Under the pieces are notes generated by a model that was not told where the DNA came from, searched no databases, and saw only the letters and a list, made by a program, of their open reading frames with translations. A stretch of DNA of 64,000 nt from an uncultured Verrucomicrobiae bacterium (lineage in GTDB: Bacteria > Verrucomicrobiota > Verrucomicrobiia > Opitutales > JABDGR01): NCBI GenBank assembly GCA_963765205.1, contig CAVXVB010000009.1:704001-768000 (forward strand). Direction: 5' to 3'. Below are positions 62,674 through 64,000 of the stretch, piece by piece. A program made the translations under genes and the position numbers. The first letter of the stretch is position 1. Each line of letters begins with the position of its first letter.

Positions 62674-64000
62674 TCAATTGGAATAGAGATCGAAATACGG
62701 GGTGGACGCGATCCGAGAAAAATCCTGGCTGAAGTCCGCGCGGAACTTCGCGTTGTAGGCGGGCGGGTTGGGCAAATAGCCATTATCCCCTAATTCGGCA
62801 TATAGGATATGCATCGAAAAAGGCTGGGCACCCTGCGGGATCAACCAGATTATTTTGCGGCCGGGTTGGCGGGCCGAAAGAGCAGAAGTAATTTGACTCA
62901 AGGAAGGCATCTGGGCGGCTTTAAATGCCACCTCCATCCACGCGGTCGGGTCAATCCCCACCGGCTGGCCGTGAAAAATGAGCTCGGTGCGGAATGCCGT
63001 CCATTCGTAACTGTCGTTGTCGCCCGCACCCATCAAGAGGATATGATCAGAGCCATATTTTTGCAATACGGCCTGCACATCCGCGTCGATGTGATCCGCC
63101 CAGGACGCACGAATTTTGAAATAGGCGGCATATTGATAACTGCGCAACACGCCCACGCCGAAGCAACAGATAAACCAGGAAGCAAGCACCGCATACAATC
63201 CCAGGACGAGCGGTGAAGAACTCCAGCCCAGACGGAGGCCGGCTTGAGACAACTCGATCGCAAGCAACAGCAATATGATCACCATTGGCAGGAGATGGTG
63301 CGGCCCGGCACCCTGTTTAGAGGCCGGCAAGAGCACGACAAGCACTGAAAAAACAATCCAACCGATAAAACCGGCCAGACGGCGAAGGGCTTCGCTCGTG
63401 GCCCGCGCATCGTGAAGATACGAAATCGAGACTGCGGCGACAAAAGGGAGGCTAAAGCCGGCGAAAGTGAGAAGGAAATCCATATAATACGATGGATCCA
63501 GGCCCTGATTGAAAAGATGGATCATCACCCATAGGTAATTGCCCAACGAAATGTTGGAAAAGGTCAAGAAAGGAAGCAGGGCGAAAAAGGCGGCGACCCC
63601 AAGCGCAACTCCAACACCCTTCCACCGGTGGCCCGTGCGCCAAGCCAGCCAAGCCAGGGGGATGAAATAGAGAAACGCATGGGCTTTGAGGTCAACGCAA
63701 ATGCCCAGGGACGCGCCGAGGATAACCGGCGCGAACACCCACGGCGAATACGCCGCGCACGCGCCGATCAATACAAACAGAACAATAAAATTGTCGGGGC
63801 GGTTGAGATATTCCGGAAAAGAATCGGTGACGATCAGGCAAGCGAATACCCCTGTGAGAAAGATCGCGATTGATGGTCTCGCCGTCCGGCGCCAGAGCAG
63901 AACGAACAATAGCCCGGTCGTGGCAAACGTGGCCACAAACCCGGTCAACTTGGCCGCAAAGACGCTGGGTCCAAGCAATTTTTCGAAGGCCGCAGTGAAG
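62674..64000 (-). CDS. polytopic membrane protein, possibly GT-C-like; 5' end outside window
   Basis: Many TM segments, RPD motif, soluble C-terminal domain. Confidence 0.55.
   Translation of the reverse strand, partial: FTAAFEKLLGPSVFAAKLTGFVATFATTGLLFVLLWRRTARPSIAIFLTGVFACLIVTDSFPEYLNRPDNFIVLFVLIGACAAYSPWVFAPVILGASLGICVDLKAHAFLYFIPLAWLAWRTGHRWKGVGVALGVAAFFALLPFLTFSNISLGNYLWVMIHLFNQGLDPSYYMDFLLTFAGFSLPFVAAVSISYLHDARATSEALRRLAGFIGWIVFSVLVVLLPASKQGAGPHHLLPMVIILLLLAIELSQAGLRLGWSSSPLVLGLYAVLASWFICCFGVGVLRSYQYAAYFKIRASWADHIDADVQAVLQKYGSDHILLMGAGDNDSYEWTAFRTELIFHGQPVGIDPTAWMEVAFKAAQMPSLSQITSALSARQPGRKIIWLIPQGAQPFSMHILYAELGDNGYLPNPPAYNAKFRADFSQDFSRIASTPYFDLYSN

Overview
High-GC bacterial window. 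Gene content (DUF1592/DUF1552 pair, rhombotarget lipoprotein, extended IF-1) suggests Verrucomicrobiota/Opitutae, by inference only. The first 24.6 kb holds hemC, an MFS transporter, infA, a truncated Zeta-like ATPase pair, a secreted lactonase, a DUF1552/DUF1592 cytochrome c pair, a fucose-isomerase-like gene, a DUF6883/DUF4926 pair, a double PD-(D/E)XK nuclease, a TPP riboswitch with thiC, recD2, a rhombosortase with its target lipoprotein, a DUF5695 protein, a GIY-YIG nuclease and tRNA-Gln(CTG). From 24.6 kb to the end is a minus-strand surface-polysaccharide cluster of at least 39 kb. It has about 11 GT4 domains, 4 GT2 domains, GT9, GT26, two GT47, GT61, a STELLO-like gene, 4 methyltransferases, 4 acyl/acetyltransferases and a Wzy-like protein. 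It also carries an inserted SEFIR/TIR gene and a methyltransferase flanked by an 88-nt direct repeat of its neighbour's 5' end. Many single-base frameshifts look like long-read consensus errors. No CRISPR array, integrase or IS transposase was seen. Family assignments come from recalled motifs, not database searches.
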